Assembly (NCBI GenBank): GCA_028534125.1
Contig: CM052817.1
Location: 94,924,001-94,988,000 of the forward strand
DNA: 64,000 nt
Reading direction: 5' to 3'
Source: Lama glama
Lineage: Eukaryota
Below the pieces are notes generated by a model. That model had not been told where the DNA came from. It made no database searches and saw only the letters and a program-made list of their open reading frames with translations. The translations under genes were made by a program, and so were the position numbers. Of this stretch, positions 12,736-24,911 are shown piece by piece (the first letter of the stretch is position 1; every line of letters begins with the position of its first letter).

Positions 12736-13210
12736 CAGTGGGGACTGTGAGCCCAGCGGGTATGATGAACACATTTGAAGCAAAAGACAGTAATCACACC
12801 CAGCCAGCTCCAGATCAGGTCAACGTCAAAATCCAGCAATAATGGTACAGATGGCCTAAAGAACATCTGTGTGTATCTGTATGTGTGCACACACCCATGT
12901 ATATATATTTATCTATCTGTACAAACACTACATATGTATACACACTATCTATGTAATATATAATATATGTATAATGCATATAAATTCTAACAACTGTATT
13001 TGTGTTATCTTTAAAATAGAACAATTGTATCTTGAAGTGATAAATGCAGAGAATTGGTTTTTATTGTTGATCTGTGGATTTAATGATTTTTAGGTGAAAA
13101 GGATGTTTAAGTGTATAATTTCTTCTCTTAATTTAATATATTTATGTAAATGCATGCCTGAAATTCGGTTAGACTGGCTGTGTTTTGTGTCCTTTAACAT
13201 GATCAAATGC

Positions 13211-13216
13211 ATTAAA
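13211..13216 (+). terminator. Candidate distal polyadenylation signal
   Basis: ATTAAA with upstream TGTA/U-rich elements and downstream U-rich sequence. Confidence 0.5.
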
Positions 13217-14706
13217 CTTTATCGTATGACCTGATGTACATGTGCTATTTTAAAATTCTTTTCTATTTTAGAAATGTTTAGTTTTCCTTAAATACCCATG
13301 CTGACTCTACAAACACCAATATTCTATACCCAAACTACTTGTTCAAAATATTCTTGCCTTTTGTCACTTTTCACATTCTAATTTTAAAAATTTACTCCCC
13401 AAAATATATGCCAATGTTGAGGGTCTTTTGCATCGTGTACATATTTTGCAGCCATAAGATGCTATATTGATTTAAATTTATTCTAAGTTGCAAATGACTT
13501 AAATGTGATCCTTTCAAGCAAGTACGAATTAATAAGTGAAGAATGTAAAAGAGCAGTTGAGAGTCCTGGGGGCCCAAATTGAATGGAAGAAGCACATGAC
13601 AGGGAGAGACGTGAAAAAAGTGATTGCAGATTCCCTAAAACTGGGTGGACCTTGCCATTTTGTCTCCAGTTAACCCTACCAAGGGTATTTGTGGAAGATC
13701 AGCTATGTCATTATGAACATGAATTTTAAATCTGCCAACATTATATAGAAGAGCGACATGCTTTCATCTAGATCTCCTTTCTTCCCGAACAACCATATCA
13801 CTTTGACTCATGGAGAGGAAAAGCTGTTTCTCCATAAGAGATGAGTGTTTCTAGGAGAAAAGGATGTGTTACAGGTGCTTATTCGCAGAGTCCTTCAACT
13901 CCGGTTACTCTCTAGAAGTTTTAAGTTAGGCAGAGTGACATCATGAAAAGTGTCCCTCAACTCATTCCTTAGTGGCCCAGGGAGCACCAGAAGTCTCTCT
14001 CCCTCAAGGACTGCCCTTCCAGTTCTGGAAATCTGTCCTCGTGGCTTAGCCCTTAATCACAATCTGTTTCCTGTACATGCCCAGTCTCTCCAACCTGATT
14101 CTAAATCTCTTAAGGCCATGTCGTCTACTTCCTGGCAGACCTAGAGCAGCTCTAACATACCTGCCACAAGGAAGCTAATAACATGTATATAAACAGCCCA
14201 GAGATGGAAGTGGTTTTTTCCCCAATGTTAACAATCTCCCTGGATGCCTTCACTATTCCTTGATTGACTTCCCAGCTCTTCCATCACCAGTGTAATCAAT
14301 TCCCTGCAGTCAATTCTCTTTGTTGTAAACACTAGAAGGAAACTTTGTTTTCCTTTTTTAGATCTTGATTGATACAAATATTAATAAGAGTGACACAGAC
14401 ATAGATGAGAAGAGAGAGAACAGGGTGGAATTACAAAGGGACACGATGAGCTGTCCTTCAGGAGAAGACCTTAAGAAACCGTCACCTAGAATCCCAATGC
14501 GATCACAGCAAGATGCAGTCAGAGGGATGCTACCTCCAAACCTGATACATGGCCCCTAAATTACACAGGCAGCTTCCAGTGGAAAAGGCCATTCCCCCAT
14601 CATTGTCATCAGAAATGTCCATAGCTCACATTTGCACTGTCAAACCTACGGCATCCAGTCTGTACAGGAGCAAAAATGAGAGAGAGTTCTATGGACTTGC
14701 TTCTTT

Positions 14707-14792
14707 AATTCTTTAATGGAGGTACTGGGGATTGAACCCAGGACCTGGTGCATGCTAAGTAAGTACTCTACCCCCGAGCTACACTCGCCCCC
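14707..14792 (-). mobile_element. Vic-1-type SINE (short tail)
   Basis: tggaggtactggggattgaacccaggacc...gagctacac is the reverse complement of the same SINE; flanks gacttgcttcttt / gaccttgcatcttt resemble a TSD. Confidence 0.88.
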
Positions 14793-15379
14793 TGACCTTG
14801 CATCTTTACACTCATTTTTTTTCTTTTTCAGAATTTTATAGATTAATGTATTAGCGCCAATGGAAGTACAACTTCAAAGAGCAGCCACACTTAGTATCTC
14901 ATCAGAAAAAATACAGGTTTTAAAATTTGGGGTTCTGAAAATTCTCTCTGAAAGTTAAATTCTACCATAGTTCAAAGAAATGAAAGGATAAAAGGGAGAT
15001 AAGCAATTTGGATGCAGTTTATCTTCTCTATTTTCATAATTGATTTATTTGATTTCTATATGATATTTTCTGTGATTAAAACAAATGGAATTTTTAAGGG
15101 GAGAGGAAGGGGCCAGGAGAGGGAGGGAGACGCCTGGGCAGCACTGACTATAAAACTCATCCTTCTTGGGACTATGCCCACATCAGAAATTACTTGAACT
15201 CACTCGTGTAATTTAATAAGATGTCATCAGATCCCTCTGACATATTTATAGCCTTATAATTAAAACTACTTGATGCAGAATCCATGTGCTTCATGTAAAA
15301 CAATTTAGATTATCATAGACACCCTGTTCTATGATCTTCAGCTACCAAAAGTCATGCACGCCCAGGTGGTGCTGGCAGG

Positions 15380-15525
15380 AACCCTGGGCCAGGGCTGTGA
15401 GATGTGGATCCTGGGCGTGGCTCTCCAACTGTTTAGCTGGGTGATATTGGGTAAGTCCCTCACTGCACTGGGACCCAGTTTTCTTATGTGTAAAATGAGA
15501 GTCTTAGGTTCCTTCCAGCTCTAAT
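15380..15525 (+). mobile_element. MIR
   Basis: agctgggtgatattgggtaagtccct...cagttttcttatgtgtaaaatgag core. Confidence 0.7.
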
Positions 15526-16069
15526 AGGTATCGTTACTAGGTATTCCTAGTCCAAGGACCCATGTGGACTGCAGATTGGCAATCGCTTATCTTAGACAGG
15601 AGGCCATTAACGACTTCATTTCATGACTCTGAGGTGGCTAAATAATTAGAAAAGACACTCTTACTCATTTTTCTCCAGTCTCCCAGCCTCCTCTCCTCTT
15701 ACTCTCTGTGGTTCTTTGTTGCCTTCTTGGAGGCATCCTCTGAATTTCCTTTTCCTGTTCCTCCCATCCCAGTGTCCTTCATCCTTGAATCTGTTCATGT
15801 CTCCTGCAGCTCTTGCTCTAATTTTCTAAACTGCTACCTGATCTATGGGCATCATTTTCTTCACGCTGAAGAAGCACCCTCTTACAGGGAGGCTGCCACT
15901 CCCTCCAGGGTCCTCAATGTCCAGTTTTGCAACTCTTAGAGACATATTTGTCTCTTCCATGAATTGTGTGCCCAAGAGGACTGCTGTAGGCACCGTACCT
16001 GGCTGATAGATACTGCATTCTGGGCAGACATCATCTAAAAGAAAATTCATGATACAGAAGAAAGCGTAA

Positions 16070-16486
16070 CCATGCATGCACTGGGTTGCCCTTACAAATT
16101 GTTACAGCCTGGGTGGCTTAAACAACAGAAATGTATTGTCTCATAATTCTGGAAGCTGGAAGTTTGAAATCAAGGTGTTGGCAGAGTTGGTTCCTTCTGA
16201 GGGCTACGAGGGGAGGATCTGTTCCAGGCTTCTCTTCCTTGGCTCGCAGATGGCTGTCCTTTTCCTGTGTCTTCACATAGTCTTCTTTTTATCCATACTT
16301 CTATGTCCAAGTTTCCCCTTTTTATAAGGACACCAGTCATACTGGGTTAGGGCTTACCCTAATGACCTCATTTCAGCTGGGTCACATTCATAAAGACCTT
16401 GTCTCCAAATAACACATTCTGAGGTCCTGGGGTTTAGGACTCCAACACAGGGATTTTGAGGGGAGCCACAATTCAACCCATAACAC
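16070..16486 (-). mobile_element. MLT1 (MaLR) solo LTR, MLT1C-like
   Basis: gggtggcttaaacaacagaaatgtattgtctcataattctggaagctggaag...ttataaggacaccagtcat...caattcaacccataaca. Confidence 0.85.
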
Positions 16487-16534
16487 CATGCCCCAGAAAT
16501 GGCATCAGACGTACTGAGGTCTCATTTTCAGTGT

Positions 16535-16700
16535 CAGTGCTTCTCAAATTTCAGTCTGTCTCCAGTCACCTGGGGACTTTGCTAAAATTCAGAATCTGAT
16601 TCAGTAGGTCTGGGGGTGCCTGTGATTCCACAGCTCTAATAAACTCCCAAGTGATGCTCATGCTGGTCCTTGGGCTTCATTTCGAAAAGCAAGGATCTAA
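16535..16700. mobile_element. MER5-type hAT-Charlie MITE
   Basis: cagtgcttctcaaa...gattcagtaggtctggg...ctcccaagtgatgctcatgctg. Confidence 0.75.
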
Positions 16701-17420
16701 AGGATGGCTTATCGGCTGTTTTTACTTTGAGGACAGAATAGTCACACTGGAAAAGACTGGATGGGAACATGGCTTTCTGACACTAAGAAGGAAACAAACA
16801 CATCCTATATATATATATGTCAGTTCCAGGCTTGCACTTAGTTGCGTAGAAGGTGCAAGAGCACAGGGAAGTATTTGTACGTGGAAGTCAGTTATCTGCG
16901 CGCTGCTGGAGCTGCTCGCTGTTGCTACTACAGCTGCTGCTGTTTTCAGCAATCGTATGGTGACCACACCAACAAGTACACTATTTAATTATGTTGCAAT
17001 TCATCTATCTGTTCTAAATAAACTTAAATTGGGTTGCCAAAGCAATGTGCACCATAAATAAAATACATGGTAGTTTTAAACTGTGTCAACTGTGTCAAGA
17101 TGGTATGTAGTAATAACAAAGCTATAGAAGATTTCTGTCAAGAGAAAAAACCTTAAACAGGAAAATATCACTATGAGCAAATAGATTTGAATGAAGCTAT
17201 AATCCTTGACAAAGTAGACAATGCAATCTGTGTCGAGTTGAATTGAATATAAAGTTTTATACCTTTATCTTAAAACCAGGATATATTACTTACTCATATT
17301 ACTTTGAGTTGTAAACATGTCTAGAATTATGTCAAAAATGTCTCGGAAGCAACTTTTAGTGCTGTGTGCTAAAGAACAAAACTTACTATCTGAGTCAGAC
17401 ATTTATTGTAATTTTGAGAG

Positions 17421-17600
17421 CAGAGCCCTTCAATGGAAATTTCTGTGATGATGGAAATGAACTATATCTTCACTGCCCAATATGGTACCACTAGCCATAT
17501 ATGACTATCATGCACTTGAAATGTGGCTAGTGCGACTGAAGAACTGAATGTTTAATTTTAGTTAATTTTAGTTAAATTTAAATTTAAGTTTAAGTTGCCA
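17421..17600 (+). mobile_element. MER3 (hAT-Charlie)
   Basis: ttctgtgatgatggaaatg...ccactagcca...cacttgaaatgtggctagtgcgactgaagaactgaat. Confidence 0.85.
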
Positions 17601-18374
17601 ATAGAAAAATAAGGTGTCTTTTTCTATTGGCCTCTTTAAAAACCAGAGCTAAAGGCAGTTTAGAGAGTTCAGTTACAATGTTTTGGTGATAATCCCTTAT
17701 ATATAATTCACACTGAAAGGTTTCACTTTCCCTTTAACTTTGTTCTGTTTTGATCCCGTAGCTTATTCCAAAAGGTATATCGTACCGACTCTTTCTTCTG
17801 AAATTTTTTACATTGGCCTTTGACCAAAACCAATAAAATTCATAATTCTAGGTATGGTTTTACAGTACAGTCAAAATCTGTTATGCGAATGTGGAAACAC
17901 TGTGCTGTGGTCATGTGTATGTATGTCTCTGAGTGTAAACAAATGAAGAAGTAGCACTAAACACACAGAACTGTAGGTGGAGAGCAGTGATGGTGGCTGA
18001 ACCTTGTCCTGTGCCAAACTGTCCTCTGTGTTAGAGGAAGTACAGTCAGAGGAACCAGGAGCATAAAGTGCCACTATGTGCCTTAATATTTAGTTCTAGA
18101 AAATTCTCCTGAAAAAGAAGGATTTGGGCGCAATAAGAAGCAATATTTAGAGAGAGAGGAATCAAATCCATTTGGCTGATCTCTAAGATTCAGCTCTAAC
18201 AACGTCACTGTATGCAACCTGAGGTCACCATCATGGGTGAGCAATAAGTTCCCGCCAACAGGAGCTGTAGAGGTCCAAACAGAGAGCGAAGAAAGATTGC
18301 TCCCGAAACTGAAGTGGACACAGAAGGCATAAGACAGCAGTGATTCAGCTAAATGAGATGGAAGTAAGTGGGGA

Positions 18375-19020
18375 TAACAGTAACAATACACTTACACAGT
18401 GCTGTGCGCCAGGCACCTATTCTAAGTACTGTCAAAAACTGTGAAGTGTCTGCGACTTCACTCTACTTAGTGAGGTAGACAAGTTAGCCTACCATGACTT
18501 CATGGATGCTGGCAGAAGACAGGAGACCCCTGGGTTAGGGACAAATGACACTTTAGCACTCACAGCAATAGCCATGATTAATAACTGGTCCTCTGAGCCC
18601 TAATCCCTACAGAAAGGGCCAGATGATACTTGCACATGCAGTGGGCTGAGTTTCAGAAGAGGAACTTTGAGCTTAGGGATACCAAATCTTTTTATAACAG
18701 ATGGTAGTCAAACCCACCTGATCTTTGCATTAGAGGGAGAAGCTACCACTACTGTCCCAGGCTGTTTGCTCTGCAATAATCCTGGATAAGATAGTTTAGA
18801 ACAAAAGCATTCAGTGCTTCTGCTCACCAGAGGTGCAGAAACATAAAAGGCCCATGGGAGAGTGTCACCCAATGAGCGCTTGACATATATTAACTCATTT
18901 AACCTTCTCAACAACCACGTGCAGTAGGTACTTTGACAACACTTTACAAACAAAAATGGAAGGCCACAGGGTCCCCATAGCTATTAAGTGGGAGACTGAG
19001 GGTTTGAACCCAGTGATGTG
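18375..19020 (-). mobile_element. MIR split by an LTR insertion
   Basis: gccaggcacctattctaagtact before the LTR; tatattaactcatttaaccttctcaacaacc after it. Confidence 0.65.
18440..18873. mobile_element. ERVL-class solo LTR (MER54/MER88/LTR53-like)
   Basis: aagttagcct...ttcatggatgctggcagaagacaggagacccctggg...gacaaa...actcacagca motif; exact family uncertain. Confidence 0.6.
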
Positions 19021-19029
19021 TTTCTGAAG

Positions 19030-19870
19030 CAGCCGTGTCCAACAGAAATCTTACGTCAGCCACATTTAAAATTTTCTAAGAGAAAGAAAAATACCACATG
19101 CTATCACTCATATGTGGAATCTAAAGAAAAAAGAAAAAAGGCAAAAAAAGGACACTACGAACTCATCTATGAAACAGAAACAGACTCGCAGACATAGTAT
19201 GGTTACCCAGGGAAAGGGAGTGGGAAGGGATAAATTTGGGAGTTTGGGACTTGCAAATATTAGCCACTATATATAAAAATAGAAAAAAAAATTCTTCTAT
19301 ATACCACAGAGAACTATATTCAATATCTTGTAATAGCCTTTAATGAAAATGAATATATGTATGTATATGCATGACTGGGACATTGTGCTGTACACCAGAG
19401 ACTGACACACTGTAACTGACTGTACTTCAATAAAAAAAAATTTTTTTTCTAGTAGCCACCTTAAAAAAGTAAACAGGTGAAACTGATTTTAATAATATAT
19501 TTTATATAACTCCATGTACTCAGAATATGATCATTTCAACATATAATCAACATATAAATTATTCATGAAATATTTACATTCTTCACTTGATACTGTCTTT
19601 GAAAACCAATGTATATGCTCCACTTAGAGCACATCCTCATCCAGACACAAGATTTTTATCAAAAATACGTGACAGTTGAAAAGGTAGATTCACACATCTG
19701 AGCTGTTCCAAACACACTTAAAAGTTTTCCAGTAACTGAGTCAAGTATCAGCTTTAAAGGCAAATTAATTAGTATTAAGCAAATTACACATTCAATTCCT
19801 TAGTCACGTAGCCACATTTCAAGTACTCAATAACCATCCCTGGCCTGTGGCTCCTTATTGGACAGAATAC
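19030..19870. mobile_element. MER33/Charlie1-type hAT element interrupted by an L1
   Basis: cagccgtgtccaacagaaat...ttttctagtagccac...acaggtgaaactgattttaataatat...tagccacatttcaagtactcaat...tattggacag. Confidence 0.8.
19079..19440 (+). mobile_element. Lineage-type L1 3' end
   Basis: tatcactcatatgtggaatctaa...gaaacagactcgcagac...tgtgctgtacaccagag...cttcaata(A)n; TSD-like aaattttcta. Confidence 0.9.
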
Positions 19871-19994
19871 CTTTAGAGCCTGTGCAAGAACCTCTTTTCA
19901 CTCAGCTCTTCATTCTTCTTTTCTCATTGTTTAGAGGGATCACAGTTTGTTACTTTATGAGGCCTGCCCTGGAGGGTTGTTGAGAGAGGTAGTG

Positions 19995-20240
19995 AAGGGT
20001 GGGCAGTATGGAAGCTCAGAGCTCACAGTCAGATGGACAGACCTGGTCTGATCTGTGCCCCATCACTTCTTTGTGTCACTTCTCAGCTGTGTGATGATAG
20101 ACATGATTTCCTAACCTCCTGAAACCACAACTTCTTCACCTTTAAAGTAGGGCAATAATAAGACCCTCGAGGATTAAATGAGGCCATGCCGAGGGACTGA
20201 CCCAGCCTTGGCACATAGTTCATGCTAAATAAATGTCAGT
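19995..20240 (+). mobile_element. MIR
   Basis: cagctgtgtga...taacctcctgaaacc...ggattaaatgag...ggcacatag. Confidence 0.7.
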
Positions 20241-20532
20241 CCTAACTTGGTAACTGGACTAAATTTAATATGCGAGACCAAAAAAAAAAAAAGGTTTAAT
20301 CATACATCATTTTAAGATACCCATTTGCCTCCTGAAGAGAGGCCCCGGTCGCTTAGCTGGGCAGCCCAATGTCACCCTCTAGTGCCAAAAACCTCGAATG
20401 GCAGGCATCACCAACCAAACCACCAGAACACCAGTCCTCTGAAAGGGTGTGCTCACTTCCTCAACCCCAGATGCTCTTACTGACCCAGATCGCCAATTCC
20501 CAGCCCTGCAAAGCAGTGCCTTGTCTTTCGGG

Positions 20533-20702
20533 CCAGTGCTTCTCAAACATTCAATGTCTTTTCTTACCAGTTACCTGGGGATCTAGGGAAAATCATTTTA
20601 TGATTCACTATGTATGAAGCGGAGCCTCAGAGTTTGCATTTCTAATCAGCTTCCAAGCCATCCCAATGTGCCTGCCCCACTGACCCCTCTTTGAGTAGCA
20701 AA
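20533..20702. mobile_element. MER5-type MITE
   Basis: cagtgcttctcaaac...tttgcatttctaa...ctttgagtagcaa. Confidence 0.7.
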
Positions 20703-21182
20703 ATTCTATTTATCATTCCAACTCCTTCACAAGTAATCTCCAAATTGTTTGAATAAGGAATTACAGGATTAAGCTAAATGTTGTCTTCTTTTCCCTGTGG
20801 ACCTGAGCTAGAGGAAAAGCCCTATATGGGTACTGAAGTTGAAATACACCTGAATTTGAAGGATGGCCCCAAAGAAAGCAACTGCATTCCTCCAGGAAGA
20901 GTGTCTCAGCAAGAGAATATGGGGTGCACGGGCCAATATGGTCATTCTTACTTGCCGTTTGACCTCAGAATGTAATTCAAGATCATATGCTAGTCTAAGT
21001 AGATATCTATGAATTAATGATGACTGTGTACATTAATCTGTGTTCATACTTTGAGACCCAAGACAATCTGGACTAGACTTGGCATGGTGGTGGGGCTAGC
21101 AGTGAAAACTGAGTCAGAATCTCAGCAGTCACTGACCAGTGGTCTTTCCAATGTCACATTCAAGGGACATTGGAAGGTAGTA

Positions 21183-21270
21183 GGGAGGGTAATAGCTCAG
21201 TGTTAGACCATGGGCTTAGCACACATGAGTCCCGGGCTCAATCCCCAGCACCTCCACTAAAAAAAAAAAA
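21183..21270 (+). mobile_element. Vic-1-type SINE (short tail)
   Basis: gggagggtaatagctcagtg...ggctcaatccccagcacctccact(A)12. Confidence 0.85.
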
Positions 21271-22000
21271 TTGGAAATCTAACATTTGGAAAAAGTTATC
21301 ATCTATACATATTTCACATTTGATAAAATGTACATAACAATAACTGTCCCCTTTTTGCAAATGTCAAATGAGATGCAACAGTGAAAGTGCTGTGAAAATA
21401 GCGTCTCACGAATGTAAGGCCAACTCATTAGCAGTCTGATGGACAAACTGGCCCAGCATCTCTTCGGCATAATAGACGGTACTGGTCGTTACTGCTGAAG
21501 AGAAAAAGGGAAGACAGACATGGAGTTTATGGAAATTTGTCTATCCATTTTTTTTAACTGCTTAAGATTACAATGACTTAATCACTCCAAATTTCTAGGT
21601 ATTTGGGTTGCCTCCCACAACGTGACTCCCAAGTTAGTGATAATATTTATTCTCATCTTGTTTTCAAACATTTATTTCTGATGATGAGTTTAATACATTA
21701 CAATGCAATCCTGCTTTGTTGGTAAATTTGCACATTATCTAGCTGGACTCACTGCGTTACCAACTTTGGTAAAAAGAAAGTTCACGAGGTTTTTCAAAGG
21801 CATGCTGACTATCAAACACAGAAACGGTGGAGGGTCTGTCCATTTATCTCACAAAGCATTGTGATATTATTCTGAACATGAACTCACATGTGTTACTTAC
21901 TTTCTACCCTCCTCCCACCATGGATGTACGTAAAGATTGGCCTCTATACTCCTTTGTTCCATCGTGAGAAATGATTTAATTTGTTTCTATTTTAAAAAAA

Positions 22001-22233
22001 TTCTTACTGAGGTATAGTTGATTTACAATGTGTTAGTTTCAGGTGTACAGAAAAGTGATTCAATTTTATATAGACGTATATAAATATTCTTTTTCAGATT
22101 ATTTTCTGTTATAGGTTACTACGAGACATTGAACATAGTTCCCTGGCTGTACAGTAGGTCCTTGTTGTTTATTTACCTTATGTATAGTAGTGTATATATG
22201 TTAATCCCAAACTCCTAATTTAGCCCTTCCCCC
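22001..22233 (-). mobile_element. Lineage-type L1 3' end
   Basis: gtatagttgatttacaatgtgttagtttcaggtgtacag...gtaggtccttgttgttt...ttaatcccaaactcctaattt. Confidence 0.88.
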
Positions 22234-24554
22234 TGATTTGTTCATTAGAAGTTTGTTTTAAAGTAGTATTTCACTCAGCATGTTCTGACTTAGGAGCTCA
22301 CATTGCTGTGCTTCCTCTAACTAATCCCCTCAGCAATATTAGATTTAAAAAAAGGTTCGTACCAATGCTCTCTACTGACTACAAATGTAAAGGCAAAAAG
22401 GGAAGTTTGACTACCAGAGTTTGAAAAACAAAAACCCAAAAAACCAAAATAAACCCAGCCCAACATTTCTATAATGAGAGAAAAATCAAAGAATGAAGAT
22501 GGGGGGTGGAAGGGAGGGAGCGAGGCTGGACAAATTGCGAGGTTTCCTTCCTATATACTTTCTCTCTTTTCATTTGCACAAGAAAGCCTGACATTGGGAC
22601 CAGGGAACACTGATTTATCAAGGATAATGTTAAGAACATTTACAACAATCCACCAGTTGATTGATAAATAATTACTGAAGACTAGTCCAGGCCCTACTGG
22701 GAAGATAAAGGTGTATAAGGCAGGTTCTTCATTCTCAAAATGCTGAGAATGGGGGAGGAGAAATAATATCAAGGCATAAAAGATGTTTTAGTGTTATAAT
22801 AGTGTTATTGTTGACTAAAAGTACTTACCTAGCAAAGCAAGTTCTTTGGTTTAAATCCCATCTACATTGGTTATTTTACCTAACACCTGGGTCAAGACAG
22901 AAGGAAGAGATCTTGTGTCACAATTAAGAATCGGGGTGAGGTTTTCATTTAGTTCATTAAATGAACCCATCACCATTTGTCACCCTGAGCATTGTTAAGA
23001 TTTTCTACTAGTCTCATAGCCTTACCCAGGCCTACTAGACTCCTGGGCCAGCCACATCTTCCTACCATAACCATTAGTTTCACAAGCTCCAGCTTTCAAC
23101 CTCTTTGGTCCACGTGGCTGTCTTTTCACCTCCAGTTCAAGATTTCTGCTCTTCTTTTCATCATTCGGTGTATGAGCTACTTCAGTAGAAGTAGAAGCAA
23201 CCACAAGAAAGTACATGTCCAGGCTCAGAAAAGTTTATCTGTAGGCAGGAAGCCTGGGCCAGTAACACTATGGCATCGTCATGCTGCTCCAAACATAATC
23301 TGTTCAGTTAATGTTCTATAAATTCCCTAATGAAAAGATACAACCTGAATATTGCCACAGAAGCAAAACGAGAATATGGAGTTTCTCAAGATAAGAATTT
23401 CCTACTACCAGTCTCACTGTATCATCCAGTTTGCTTCTATCCTCATTATGGGTGAAAAACAGCGATGCTAATATTTGTAAGGAATCCTCATCTGAAAATT
23501 ACCACGTGAAGATCCATTCATTATTCTTCCTTTGGGAGATAAAGTGCATTTCATCGATGGCACCCCTAAAAAGCAGCTCACGGAATTCCCCCCAAAAAAT
23601 TCTCCTTGGAAAACTTTGACTGGACCTATTCAGCCTCAATGCCACTGGTCTCCAAATGCCTTTCCAAGCAATTTAACAAAACCCTTAAGGCATTTGTAGT
23701 AGACAGTTGAGCTAATTAAGGGGAAAAAACAAAAAGCGCTTAGCAAATAGTTCCTTACTTAAATGTGGACATTTATATGGAAAGTTAGTCAGTGGCTGAG
23801 TATCTCACTACCTGGCTAGGTGAAATTTGACCCAGTAATCAACCCAATTAGGTATCTGCAGCAGAGAATCCCCCTGACACACCCACTGCTTTGCACTGGG
23901 GAAACAAGATGGAGAGAAGAAGACTAGAGGAGAGAAAGGTACATGATTTGCAGAGGTTACATCACTAGGAAGTGGGTCCAGGTCACAGGCTCCTGAGGCG
24001 AGAAGGCCAGGGGACACCGGAGGAGCTCAGAATGTCTGTGTCTTTCAAATGAGAACTAAAATGCACTGGAGAAACGTCAGTGTAAAAGGAAGAAGTGGGT
24101 AAGGGAAACGTCTTAACTGCTGCTGTGCAATTCTTGCTACATTCTTCAGAAAATGGGTGGGTCAAAGACCATGTCACAAGTGATGTGTTTTAGTTTCATG
24201 AAAGAATTGAATTGAATCATCAGTTTATCCTGATATTTGGGTATTCATTCAACATTCAGCTAAACAACAAATGCACACCCACTTTGAGCAAGTGGTACAG
24301 GAATAACCCAGACAGACAAGGCTCTGACTCTCAGAGAACATCCATTCTAACGAGGGAGCGATGATAGAGAAATTAAAGATGAACACTGTAATTACATCCA
24401 GCAATAACTGATATTGTGGCAGATTGTATTTTTCCCAGGTTGCACACAAAAAGAGCTCCCATCCCACATGCTTTCCTAGAGTCATCCTTTAGCAAGATAT
24501 GGAGACTTATTCCCCCCACCCTTGAATCTGGGCAAATAAAAAGTAGAAAGGATG

Positions 24555-24774
24555 GAGGAGGGTATAGCTCAGTGGTAGTGCACATGCTTAGCATGCATGA
24601 GGTCTTGGATTCAATCCCCAGCACCTTCGTTTAGAAAATGAAGGAAGGAAGGATGGAAGGGAAAAGAGAGAAGGAAGGATGGAAGGGAAAAGAGAGAAAG
24701 AGAGAAAGAGAGAAAGAGAGAAAAAGAGAAAGAGAGAAAGAGAGAAAGAGAGAAAGAGAGAAAGAGAGAAAGAG

Positions 24775-24833
<59 letters not shown>

Positions 24834-24911
24834 AGGAAGGAAGGAAGGAAGGAAGGAAGGAAGGAAGGAAGGAAGGAAGGGAAAGACAAGGAAAGAAGGA
24901 AGGAAAGAAAG
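24555..24911 (+). mobile_element. Vic-1-type SINE with expanded purine tail
   Basis: gagggtatagctcagtggtag...ttcaatccccagcacc; TSD aaaagtagaaaggatg (24539-24554) / aaaagtaggaaggatg (24912-24927). Confidence 0.9.
24640..24911 (+). repeat. Compound polypurine microsatellite (GAGAAA-type, GAAA, GAAG)
   Basis: About 270 nt of almost pure A/G, seen directly. Confidence 0.97.

Larger units (their letters stand above)
6360..13235 (+). other. HHIP: Probable long HHIP 3' UTR
   Basis: Directly follows the stop codon. Repeat-poor and AU-rich, ending in a U/GU-rich block with ATTAAA at 13211. The end point is inferred, not observed. Confidence 0.55.
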
